A DNA stretch of 64,000 nt, taken from assembly GCA_030704615.1 (NCBI GenBank), contig CM060733.1, positions 49,352,001-49,416,000 of the forward strand. Direction: 5' to 3'. Below, piece after piece: positions 46,019-57,519 of the stretch. The translations under genes were made by a program, and so were the position numbers. This DNA comes from Takakia lepidozioides (Eukaryota > Plantae > Bryophyta). Every line of letters begins with the position of its first letter. Position 1 is the stretch's first letter. The notes below the pieces were generated by a model, which was given only the letters and a program-made list of their open reading frames with translations, did no database searches and was not told the origin of the DNA.

Positions 46019-49000
46019 GTACAATCTCTCTTCGGTTTCTGATTAGTTACCAACTTCATTTGCCCTGTATTTAGTCTCTTGTCACTCACGACAGTGAGGG
46101 GAGGGAGGATTGCATTACGAAGCTTCAATGAGGTCAGTCGCTCATCAACACCTTTGCGCACCTGCTGCACCACTTTCTCTGCATCCACACTGCTCTCTGA
46201 TGCTGGGTCTCGGTCTGCATCTGCTTTGCTGGGGAGCATGCTGTCACTCTGCACACAGTAAAGTAGAAGATGTCTGCTGACCAAGCTTTGCTATTCAGGT
46301 CCCACCCTGATGAGATGTTACACCATCTATGCACAAGTAAGACTGGATAGATCCTGTTTGTCTCTTGACAGCAATATAGTAAAACCTTGCACAGGAAAAC
46401 ACACTACACAACGGTTTGACCAAGACGTTGAGTGTCACACACCAACATCGCATTCAGCCTATGAGGAAAAGCTTTCTAATGTCCTTGAGAGCGTGCCATA
46501 CAGACTGATGTAACTGATGACTTCCTCACACTGTAGAGCATTGGCAGACAAAGTTTACCGGCTCACCACATGCCCAGTCTAGGAGTCTACCAGTTGACAA
46601 CCTTTCAAGGATGATCAACACTTACCACCCCACTGCCATTAAGAGCTGACGGAGGAAACTCCTCTGCTTTGCCTGGGAGCGTGCTGTCACTCTACTTACA
46701 CACATTTCTTTTTTCTATTAGACTTTGCTTGCCAGGCCCCACCTGGTAGGAGAAGGAACAGGGGGAAGAGGGGAAGCGGAGACGTGAGGAAAGCTGAATG
46801 GGGACTATTGCAACCATGATGAAGGTGAGGGACAAATCCTACGCGTAATAAATACTTCCACCTCAAACCTGCGGCCGTTGCCATCGCTGATCTCCATTCC
46901 TTGCTTGCCGCTGATGTAGAACTCAAAGTAATCCCTTCCAGCCTACCTTCAACAAATCCATGTACATAGAGAGTCTGGTGCAGAAAGCGCACCCCTGAAG
47001 CAAAAAAAGTCCAATTATCATGCTTAAAAACAGCAGCAGAAAACACTTGGCAAGACATTTACTTTCAAACTTTTATAAGTATCTCCCCATGTGGAAAAAG
47101 GGCAAACAAACATGAGTACGCATGCAGGTTCCAATTGCTGCTAGTTATTGAATAGTCAATTGACTAGAACGGTAAGCATAAAGGGGAAGATTCATTCTCT
47201 CCTAGGTGGTGAATCCCAATAGAGTTTTGGAATGCAGTAACATCCCTTCCAATCTACATGGAATAGTCCAAAACTTTCAGTTAGAAGAAACTGCCCAGGG
47301 CCTTGTTGCAGCCATCTCTCTCCAGATGTTCTGGCAGCACCTTGCCAAACCTAGGATTCTGTGAGTCAGGATTAAGGTGGTAATTTAACAAACGGATAGC
47401 ACGGTCTGCCGTCCTCACACATAATGCTTGCCTAATGTCAGTGAGTGCTTAATCATGCCCCCCAAGTCCTCAACCTAACCACCCAAAATCTCGTCCTCAC
47501 CCCCTGCAAAAAGTTTAAACGGACCACATAACAACGGAATGGGGCCTGCATGTGGGAGAGGGCAGAGAGAAATCAGAGAGTTCCAAATGATTTTCCCCTA
47601 CTTGTGGACCCATCGGGCTACCCAACACAAAGCAACTCATCCCCTTGATGGAAACCCTTCTTCGAATTGATTGTCGGAAACAATTAGTAAACTGCAGAGA
47701 GGAAACGACAAGAAATGCAACCTGGAAAAATTATACTTGATTACACTTCAGATCAGAGAGTCACCAGAAAAACCTTCAGACTTTTGGGACCAGTGGGTTG
47801 GAGGTATGCAGGGCGGCGAGCTGCAGGTACATACACATAAATGATGAACAAATGCAAAATGCTTACATTCGTGCAGCCAAGGACTCCTAGAGGTGTCCAC
47901 GACATCCGAACAGCTGCAGTTGGCGGTGACGGAGGTGCTCAAGCATTCAATGCACGATGGAGACGGAAAAGGGAGTTGAATCACAGGTCCACTGGACGGA
48001 GCTGGCAATCCCATGCACCCAAAGACTCTGGAGAGGGCAGTGAATTGTCTGCTAGCGAGATGCATACATGGATGAAAACATTGAACGAATGGATGGTGGA
48101 CCTATGGTGGACCTACTTATTGTGGTCTCGATGTCTTTCCGTCTACTGAGAGGGCATGAGCTGCTAAGCAGGAGGTGTTGGTGGCTGCAAGTTGGTCCTT
48201 GGCCTCCTCAAACGTGAGCGCAGAGTAGCAGGGTGCAGATGGAGATGTAGGATGTTGCAAAGCAAGTGCGTGTGTTGCAGGCCCACTGCCGAGATTCACA
48301 TTACCCGTCTACTACGCTCTGTCACTGCTCCATTGAAGGCTTTCGCAGCTGCTGCGAACCACAATAGCAGTGCTGCCTATGTGGTTTGCCCACCATTTGC
48401 TTGGCTTGATGGTCCTGCTGAAGATGGAGCGACCCACTTCGATGGTCAATTGGAGAAGCTGGAAGAAATTAGGCGTAAGTATCATGACACGCCCCTGTGA
48501 AATGGAGGATCGGGGAGCTGTGAGTTTGTTTCCCACATCCATAGCAGTTTTTAGCAAGGTTGACTCTTTCCTTAGGCGTTTGTTTGTAAGGCGTAGGGAG
48601 ATTACGATGCTCCAGGCGGATGTGCTGTTGACATGAACCTCGGACCAACCTAGCCTTTTTTTTTGTCTGAACCACATCCGTTTTCCACTTTTGTGATTTT
48701 TTCTCCTTCGTTTTCGTCCCATTGTTGTTTTTGAATGGGGTTCACTGCAGCATTTTTTCTTTTTAAAATCATGGGCTTTCACAAGGTGGCTTCTCTGGTA
48801 GGTTTGAGTGGTTTTGATATGTTACCGTATTGTGGTGGCAGGCAAATGTCCAAAAAGCAGAGATATGGCAGAAGAGAAGAACTACCATCCTTCAAACCCC
48901 AGTCCGGGGTGGGACATTCGATCCAAGAAGGTGAATCAGCAGAAGCAAACAAACGAACTTCCTCGGAGATTAATGATAGTGCTCACCCACTCACTCTCTC

Positions 49001-49184
49001 TGTCTCTGTCTCTGCCTCCCCCTCTTTGCGTGCCCTTTCTCAGCACCGATGGGACTGGCAATTCAACGTGCTGTTGTGGCTCATGTTTGCAACCTAGAGG
49101 GCTAGCGGAGGACTGCTGGATTCACTCCCCACCTTCTGTGCATTTCTTTTTCTGGAGGGGAGGGGAGCTGAAGGATGCAGGATA

Positions 49185-51737
49185 GTGTGGGTGCAGATCA
49201 GTCCTAGAGGACCAGATTTCAAGCACAAGGGCAGTGAAGTTGCACTGCGGACCAACAGCTACACCAAACCTGTATGGGTAGATGGTCAATTGCAGGAGCT
49301 GGAAGCAGGTAGCCTCACTTGTGGGAATGTGAGGACACTATGTAAGGCAGGACAACTGAAAGAGGTGGTGTACATGTTGAACCAAAGAGAGATTTCAGCA
49401 GACTTCAATACTTACGTCTGTCTCTTGCAGGAGTGCAGCAAGATGAAAGGCCTAGAGGAAGGAAGGCAGGTGCACTCTCACATGATCAACACTGGATTCC
49501 AGCCAAACATCTTTCTACTCAACACCCTCGTGAACATGTATGCCAAGTGCGGGAGTTTGGTGGATGCACGTCTAGTGTTTGAGAAAATTCCTGAGCGAAG
49601 TTTGTTTACGTGGACTATAATGATGGGAGGATATGCAGAGCATGGGTGTGGTAGGGAGGCTATCACGATCTATCAACAAATGTTACAGTCAGGGGTGACT
49701 CCCGACAATGTCACATTCATTTGTGTTCTCAAGGCGTGTGCCAGCCTAGGAGCCCTGGAGAAAGGCAAAGAGGTCCATGCTGGCATCATCAAAGCTGGAA
49801 TTACAGGGGATATAATTCTGGACACTGCCCTTGTTGCCATGTATGCAAAATGTGGGAGCATTAAGGATGCACATCAAGTGTTCAAGAATATGGCTAAACG
49901 AGATGTGGTCTCATGGAATGCGATGATTGCAGGATATGCTCAACATGGCTGTGGTAGGGAGGCTTTCAAAATCTATGTGCAAATGATACAGGAAGGGCTG
50001 ACACCTGACAAGGTCACATTCATTTGTGTTCTGAATGCGTGCGCCAGCCTGGCAGCCATTGAAGAAGGCAAAGAGGTCCATGTCCAAATCATTAAAGCTG
50101 GAATCGTGCCTGATATCACTCTCGAGAATACCCTCATTGACATGTATGCCAAGTGCAGCAACATGATGGATGCACAGAAGGTGTTTAACAGAATGGCTAA
50201 CCGAAATGTGGTCTCATGGAACACGATGATCGCAGGATATGCTCAGCATGGGTGCGGTAGGGAGGCTATCGAGATGTATGTGCAAATGGCGCGGGAAGGG
50301 GTGAAACCTGACAGGGTCACATTCATTTGCACTCTCAATGCGTGTGCCAACCTGGCAGCCATGGAAGAAGGCAGAGAGATCCATGCTGAAATCATCAAAT
50401 CTGGAATTCCGCCAGATATCATTATGGAGACTGCCCTTGTTGACTTGTATGCCAAATGTGGGAACATGAAGGATGCGCGTAAAGTGTTTGACAATATGGC
50501 TGAACGAGATGTGGTCTCATGGAGTGCGATGATCGCAGGATATGCTCAGGATGGGTGTGGTGAGGAGGCTTTCGAGGTCTACAAGCAAATGATAAGGGAA
50601 GGGGTGACACCTGACAAGGTCTCGTTCATTTGTGTTCTCAAGGCGTGTGCCAGTCTGGCAGCTCTGGAGAAGGGCAAAGAGGTCCATGTTGACATCATCA
50701 ATTCTGGAACCAAGTCATATATAAATTTAGAGAATACTCTTGTGGACATGTATGCCAAATGCGGTAGCATGAAGGATGCTCGCAGAGTGTTTGACAACAT
50801 TGTTGATCGAGATGTTGTCTCATGGAATGTGATGATTGCCGGATATGCTCAGCATGGGTTTGGCAAGGAAACCCTGCAACTATTTCAACAAATGCAGGAA
50901 GAAGGTTTGAAGCCGAATGGTATCACCTTTATATGTCTTCTTTCTGCATGTAGTCATGTGGGCCTAGTGGACGAAGCATGCAAGTACTTTGATTCTATGA
51001 GTCAAGATCACAACCTCACTCCTACAATGGAACATTTTGGCTGTATGGTGGACCTTCTTGGTCGTGCAGGGCGATTGGATGAAGCAGAGGACTTCATGAA
51101 CAGAATGCCAATTGAACCAGAATTTGCTGTGTTGGGGGCCTTGCTTGGGGCATGCAGAACACATGGCAATGTGGATGTAGCAGAACGTGTAGCCAAATGC
51201 CTTCTCAAGCGGGATCCAGAGGGTGCTGCAACTTATGTGCTCCTATCGAATATCTATGCTGCTGTTGGTAGGTGGGATGATACAGTGAAGGTGAGAAGAA
51301 TGATGCAGGATAGAGGTGTCAGAAAAGTGCCAGGGCATTCCTGCATTGAGGTGGACAACCAGGTGCATACATTTGTTGTAGACGACAAATTGCATCCACA
51401 AATTGAGGAAATTCATGTTGAGCTGAAGAGATTGTCAGCCCCGATGAAGGAGGCTGGGTATTTGCCTGACACTCGCTTTGTATTGCACAATGTGGAGGAG
51501 GAGCTCAAGGAATTCTCTCTGTGCCATCATGGGGAGAGGCTGGCCATTGCTTTTGGGGTTATCAGCACACCCCCTGGGACAGCTCTCCGCATCATCAAGA
51601 ACCTTCGGGTGTGTGGTGACTGCCACACGGCCACCAAGTTCATCTCCAAGCTTGGTGGGCGGTCAATTGTTGTACGGGATGCTAACCGCTTTCACCACTT
51701 CCAAGACGGGATTTGTTCTTGTGGGGATTACTGGTGA
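49185..51737 (+). CDS. PLS-class PPR protein with E1/E2/DYW cytidine deaminase domain (organellar C-to-U editing factor)
   Basis: 17 P/L/S repeats, PG box (PGHSCIEV), HGE...CGDCH zinc motif, terminal CSCGDYW. The true start is uncertain: the ORF opens at GTG, the first ATG is at 49374, and an upstream exon is possible. Confidence 0.95.
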   Translation: MWVQISPRGPDFKHKGSEVALRTNSYTKPVWVDGQLQELEAGSLTCGNVRTLCKAGQLKEVVYMLNQREISADFNTYVCLLQECSKMKGLEEGRQVHSHMINTGFQPNIFLLNTLVNMYAKCGSLVDARLVFEKIPERSLFTWTIMMGGYAEHGCGREAITIYQQMLQSGVTPDNVTFICVLKACASLGALEKGKEVHAGIIKAGITGDIILDTALVAMYAKCGSIKDAHQVFKNMAKRDVVSWNAMIAGYAQHGCGREAFKIYVQMIQEGLTPDKVTFICVLNACASLAAIEEGKEVHVQIIKAGIVPDITLENTLIDMYAKCSNMMDAQKVFNRMANRNVVSWNTMIAGYAQHGCGREAIEMYVQMAREGVKPDRVTFICTLNACANLAAMEEGREIHAEIIKSGIPPDIIMETALVDLYAKCGNMKDARKVFDNMAERDVVSWSAMIAGYAQDGCGEEAFEVYKQMIREGVTPDKVSFICVLKACASLAALEKGKEVHVDIINSGTKSYINLENTLVDMYAKCGSMKDARRVFDNIVDRDVVSWNVMIAGYAQHGFGKETLQLFQQMQEEGLKPNGITFICLLSACSHVGLVDEACKYFDSMSQDHNLTPTMEHFGCMVDLLGRAGRLDEAEDFMNRMPIEPEFAVLGALLGACRTHGNVDVAERVAKCLLKRDPEGAATYVLLSNIYAAVGRWDDTVKVRRMMQDRGVRKVPGHSCIEVDNQVHTFVVDDKLHPQIEEIHVELKRLSAPMKEAGYLPDTRFVLHNVEEELKEFSLCHHGERLAIAFGVISTPPGTALRIIKNLRVCGDCHTATKFISKLGGRSIVVRDANRFHHFQDGICSCGDYW

Positions 51738-53559
51738 CAAGCAACATATCTGAGAAAGAGCGCTGCAAACACCAGCAATTTTTCCACCCAAAATAGAGGA
51801 CGCGGAATGGCTGTTGAGGCAGCAAACTCGCGGGAAACACGTTCATATGGATCAAAGCCATTCCCCTGGATGGGGTTACAGCTTGACCATGGGAATGTAC
51901 ATGAAATTTCCCAGACTCGTTGTCAAACTTTTTCGGCCAAAAATGCTTCTCGGGCCCTCTCCCGGGACTTCAGGTCAAATGGGACACCAAATGGAGAGGA
52001 TACGGATTCACAAGGAAAGGTACTTCATATATATATATAAGTTCTCATCTGTTATATATGATTCTGAGTTTTTTCTTTTTTCTATTTCACTGTGCTATTG
52101 AAGTCCTATGATGTATGAATGTCGGGGTGGGGGGGACAATTTCTATGACAGGTCTGCTCTAGTCTACACAGGCTCGCTTCCTGCCCCCTTCCAAGATTTT
52201 GGATGCTGATGTTACTGTCAGTGTTATCGGTGAAGGGTGTTTCTATTGGTGGCACTATGTTGGGGATTTGGTATTGGTCTGGCAGGAATGGAGGATAGTT
52301 CTGCATGGAAGGCCACCTTAAATTGTTAAGCACCATTTCTCTGATATAGATGTATGTTAATTAAAGTTGTCAATTTGTTGGTGTGTTAAAAGCCACATGA
52401 TACATCTCTGTCTTGTGACAAATATGCAGGGAGTTCTAAGTGGTTTTGATCAGGCTACCAATCTAATATCGGATGTCTCCCATGAGCATGTATACTAGTC
52501 CACCAAGGTACTCAACTCAAATCCTCCTAACCCTATCTTATCCACCTTCTTTTTCATATGGTGCCTTACCTTTGGACCCTTTTCCATTTTGTAAACCTAC
52601 CTAACGCAACAGGCGGAATGCTAAAAATTCTTTGTTGGTATTTGCAGAGTAGTGATAACAAGAAGCAAGATAACCCTATTGTAGCCCCTCTGTAAATTTT
52701 CCATAATCTTTTTGTAAGTATACTTTGTTTCAAGTTCTGCATGTTTCATGTATACAATTATTCTATGTTTGGTATTTTAATGTTTTGTTGGTCATCAGAT
52801 TGGTTCATATCAGCTATCAGCAAGGTTCACTTGGTGTTTGCCCAAGTGACAAAGCAAAAGCTTCATTAGCTCAAAAATGTTAAACTCAAGTTTATTGTCC
52901 CGGGTCTTTTGTATGACTTGAACTAGTCACTAGTTTCCAGTCCCACTCATGTCCTAGGACCCAAGGGAGAGCTTGAAACGAGGATCCCAACTGGGCATAC
53001 AAAATGAAAATAGGCACATGATCAGAATCGATGCGATTCTTAGATAATGAATGAACTACTGTATCTAGGCTCTATAATGAAGTTGTGAGGTAGAGAGGCC
53101 GCATACTCTGCTGATAAAGCAATCCTAATTAATTACAGTAGATTTCTTCAATCTAAAAGCTGCATGCTCTAGCCTCCCATGAACTCTATGAAATCAGGAA
53201 TTATAGACAGCCATGCAATAATCTAGCAGCAAATTGAATGACAAACTGGTCCAAAAGAAAAGTCATTGCTACCAACACACATACTAATAAATAATATTAC
53301 AGTAATATTTGTTGGAAATTATATGAACTTTTTGTCGAGTTATTTCTACTCATAGTTATTGTGATGGTAAGGTCACAACCTCAATTAGCTTCACTTAGCA
53401 ATGATTCAAGTCAAAGTACTAGGGTAGCAGTTGGAGATAACTTAAGTTCAGCATATAGTTATGTTATAATTATCTCAATTGATTTTACTCATTTAGCTAA
53501 AAATACATCTACCCACTCTACCCCTCAATTGGCAACACATCTGGAAGGATGTATGGAGA

Positions 53560-54462
53560 AAGGACAAATAGGCCAAAATCTCGGGATTTCTTTGGAAGCT
53601 AGTCAATAGAATTTTGCCGGTCCTTCAAGTCATTCCAGATGCTCCTGACCAATATCAAGTGTGCAACCTGGGTCTCTCGGAATCACTGGATCATTGTTTG
53701 GTAGAATGCCCCTTCGCTGGATTCATCTGGAATCGTATCAGAAGGTAAGGTTTTACTTGGCCTGGGACCCGTCCATTCCCACGCAGTCTTCGTTAATTTT
53801 GCTCAACCTTCACGAAGGATCAATCTGGTCTAAATGCCCGGTAATGGGCCTGTCTTCGAGCACACTCGCTCTGGAATGTATGGAAAAGCAGATGTTCATT
53901 GGTGTTGGGGGGGGCTCAGCCCAGTGTTCAGAAGGTTTTCTTCATGATCCATTCAGATTTAATGACTGAAGCAAGAAAGGCTTGGAATGTCCTGTGTGCA
54001 GCTACTTCTCGATGTGTGCAACGAAGGAGACAACAACTTTTCACTGGCTTTGGTAACGCCTGGGGAAAAGGGAACATCATCTGCACAAGGACATCAGACT
54101 CGTCGATTGTCTGGAACCACAGCATCCCGCCATGTTGGCAGCTCCACTAGCGCCCAACTATCTACGGAGCAAGAAGAATCAGATAGGAATTGGAGGCATA
54201 AGAGAACCTCCAGAAAGGGAAAATCCAAAGCCCACCTCTCTTTTGAATCCTCTGGACACAGAATCAATGAGCCTCTGTAGTCTTGTCTCGCTGCTATGGA
54301 CCTACTCATCCTTAGTCTCCTGCAGCCTCTCTCAGTTTTGGCCACGGTGCAGTGTCTCCTTTATCATCCTTATGGTTGTTTATTCCTGAGGTTATTTTTC
54401 CTCAGTTTTATTAATAAAATTTGTCAGGGCTTCCATGTTCCAAAAAAAAAAACAAAAAAAAA
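53560..54462 (+). mobile_element. Decayed 5'-truncated L1-type LINE 3' end with poly(A) tail
   Basis: ~53595-53745 reads WKLVNRILPV...QVCNLGLSESLDHCLVECPFAGFIW (zf-RVT-like). AATAAA at ~54413 and an A-rich tail at 54442-54462. Confidence 0.7.
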
Positions 54463-56384
54463 ATTCAAGTCAGAGTACCAAAATAGCAGTTGGAGTTGAG
54501 CATGCAGTTCTATTATAGTTATCTCAGCTAATTTTAGTATAGACCTTGAGTATGAATAGGAAGAGCTCGAAACGGAATAACAAATTGTTGTATTTTTATG
54601 GTTGGGTGGCTTACATATTACATTTGTATTAGTATTTGCATTTGATCCGACAAATGTAAATAGACACGGACTAACATACACAGCATTATCACGTTTTAAA
54701 AAAGGACATAAGTCTACAATTCCCATGTAGACAATAACATACGGGAAGTAATGCACATACTACAAATAATACACCAAATTTAGAGAGAGAGAGAGCAAAT
54801 TTACAACATCTATATAATGGATGAATATTTGGTCACTGCACATCCACTATTGCGACATTATGAACAACTATAAATCTACGAACATCTCATATATTATCTT
54901 TAAATGAACTCGAGTGCATATACATATCTAATAATTATTTCTCAATAATATTTTATTAGACATGGTACAACAATTTTATACAATAATACTATTTCACTAC
55001 CATCTTACGAATTGGTGCAATTTTCAATGTCAATTCTTGTAAAGAAATACACGTAATTGTAATATATAAATCTCAATTACTTTCCCTTCATAACGTTTTG
55101 CATATATTACAATTCTTATACGATAAAGCACCAAAAGTTTGTCAAACTATTTCTATAGAAGATTTTAATATCAATATTCAAAACCTAACAAATGAATCTG
55201 AATCACTTCGTTTCTTCACGACATATCCCATTTCCATGTTACACAACAACTTTACATTTCCCAATAAGATCATATAGGATTGATGCACCTACACAACATT
55301 CTTTGTCTGGAACAAAGAAAACCTACTGGACCAACCACAATCCAACTCACCTAACATTTAACCTCTCTTATGTCAATCATTTCACACATAATTCATAACT
55401 ATGACAAGGCAGGGCCGCTTGTACCTTGCATTTGTTATTTGTGTTTCTTTGTATTCTAAGTGCACTTGTGAAGAGTACAAAAGAGTATGCTCTCAAAGCA
55501 TGATCTTTATTTTCCTGTAAGTAGATTGAAACTTAAATTTAGGATTGAGGAGACACTTCAATATTCTTAAGGTTCTAATTTTTACAAGTTTAATCTACGC
55601 ATGCTAAGGTTGTATAAGTCAGATTTGAGAATTTTAGGGTTTAGGATATAAAAAGTAATGTTTGCATACAACATAGTCTTGGACAATGGATTTTAATCTT
55701 CTTAGATTGTATTTCGAGACTTGAAGCCTTCATTATAAATGAATTGAGTATGATTATAGATTTAACGTACACTTGTATATTTTTTAGTTTTTATGATTGT
55801 TATTTATCGTTGTTGGGGTTTGTTGTTTAAATTCATGGCTCCTCGCGCCAAAAATTGGAAACAAAGAACTGAAAATGAGAAGTGCATAAGGAGACTAAGC
55901 ACGGCTACAAAAATTGAGGTGAATGCAGCAAAACGAAACACATTCAAACGCATTGAGGAGAAACTGAGTTTGAGCATGAGAGAGAGCGTTGGGAAACTAA
56001 GTGACACAAGCGCAGATATGGAGTCCACCCCTCTATAACCTCTATAACCATCTTTTTTTTTTTCCTCTTCATGAGCTATTTTTCATATAGTACATTATCT
56101 GACTTACTTTTGTTTTTTGGTACTTCTGGTTTTTCAATTAACATGTGAAATAGGGCACTATTCTCATTACGCTAAAGACTATCTTCAGGTTGCTTGTGCC
56201 TTGCGGGATATGCTCTGATAGCACCAGGGTAGCTTCAGGGTTAAGAGGACAACACGTAGTCGTTTCAGAAAGTGATGATCCGTCCGGCAAAACCCTTGTG
56301 TGCACTGAAACAAGGGGGTTGAGTAGAGTTGCAGTGGAGGCACAAACCACATGTGGACCTTCATGGTCACAACATGCAGCGCCG

Positions 56385-57519
56385 ATGAACCCCACTGTAT
56401 GGAGCGGTTTGCAAGAGGAGCTGTTGCAGCTTGTCTTTGCACGTCTGCCATTGCCTCAAATCAATCGCCTTCGATGTCTTTCGCGGGAATGGCGTAGGAA
56501 CATGAATGCAGGAGACTCGGACTTCAAGTTGGTATGTGCAGATGCTTATCCGAAGTTGTTTGCACTCGTCTCAGAATATGAGGAAGATGAGGACGCGGAG
56601 TTCGGGTTCTTCTGGGTTAGAGTCCTCGATATCCAACGTAACACATGGCATGCCTCTCAAATCTGTCGGGCCCCGGGTGTCATTGTTGAACGTGTTGATA
56701 CAATGAGTGCGTGTGATGGAGGGTTGGTGTGTTTTGTTTGCACATCAAATGGGAAGATTCCCCTGCACATTAACACAAGCTTGGAGATCACTTCCTCTAC
56801 ACTATGTGAGCATGGTCCAGCTCAAGATGGTGCAACTCATCATGAGTGATGATAAGAACACCTACAAAGTCTTAGTTGTAGGTCACCTCGAAAGCCGTCT
56901 GGTAGCTGACTTCTTCGACTCTGGGACTGGACAGTGGACCAGGGCAGACTGGTCTTCGGATCTCGTTTTTGGCCATCGATACCATTGGGAGATGGTAGGG
57001 CCCTTTCTTGACGGGATTTGCGTTGGTCCTTGTGCGTATGACTTTCAAGAAGGACACCTGCGTTGTGCTTAGTGACAATCCGTTACAAACAGCATCTAAG
57101 CAAAGCTGTGCACTTCTAAGGATCGTTTGTTTGTCCTGCACGAGGAGGTACTACGTGAGGACACGGAGAACCCTGGGTTTTTGATACCAGAGTATTGTAT
57201 TACAGAGTTCCAATACCAAAAGGGTGCACCAAATTGGATAAAAGTGAGGGATCACAGCTGTAGCTGTCTAGGGCACCATCCCTCAACATCACGCTTCTTC
57301 ATGAGCCTTTTCGCATGCAAAGGTTTCCTGCTGGTAGTTGCATCAATGGTAGTTGCGTCCATTGATGAAGGTTATGCTTCTGGACATTATCAGCTTGCAA
57401 GGCTTTATGACTTGTCTACTGGTAAATGGCTCACCCTTCCAAACTTGCCGGGAGATACAAGAATTGGTTCCCGAGATTTGATGTGTGAACTTCAATGGGA
57501 TACCAGTCCATTCAGCTAG
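56385..57519 (+). pseudogene. F-box protein with beta-propeller-like C-terminus, two frameshifts
   Basis: F-box MNPTVWSGLQEELLQLVFARLP...RLRCLSREW, then ACDGGLVCF, LTQAWRSLP, YKVLVVG and LYDLSTGKW..LP, split over three frames (breaks at ~56770 and ~57060-57125). Confidence 0.8.

Larger units (their letters stand above)
38136..46884 (-). pseudogene. Multi-exon AAA+ ATPase gene (plant single-AAA, CDC48/26S-subunit-like family), probably disabled and 3'-truncated
   Basis: Approximate exons: 46745-46884, 46090-46255, 43027-43159 (VSVRFPVSPTCDVSH), 42191-42372, 41445-41857 (VSWDNIAGY), 40890-41014 (AILFEGPPG), 39549-39680 (MSKYYGESE..IVFLDE), 39237-39314, 38913-38995 (VIAATNRKQDLDPAL), 38136-38257 (RFD). 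In-frame TGA at 40921-40923 and a frameshift at ~38183. Confidence 0.8.

Noticed and set aside
47748-49185. Overlapping short ORFs between the AAA and PPR genes
   Set aside because: No recognisable domain or consistent exon structure. The region may hold the PPR 5' exon, but I cannot support that.
55793-56038. 81-aa basic ORF in AT-rich DNA
   Set aside because: No recognisable homology or supporting structure.
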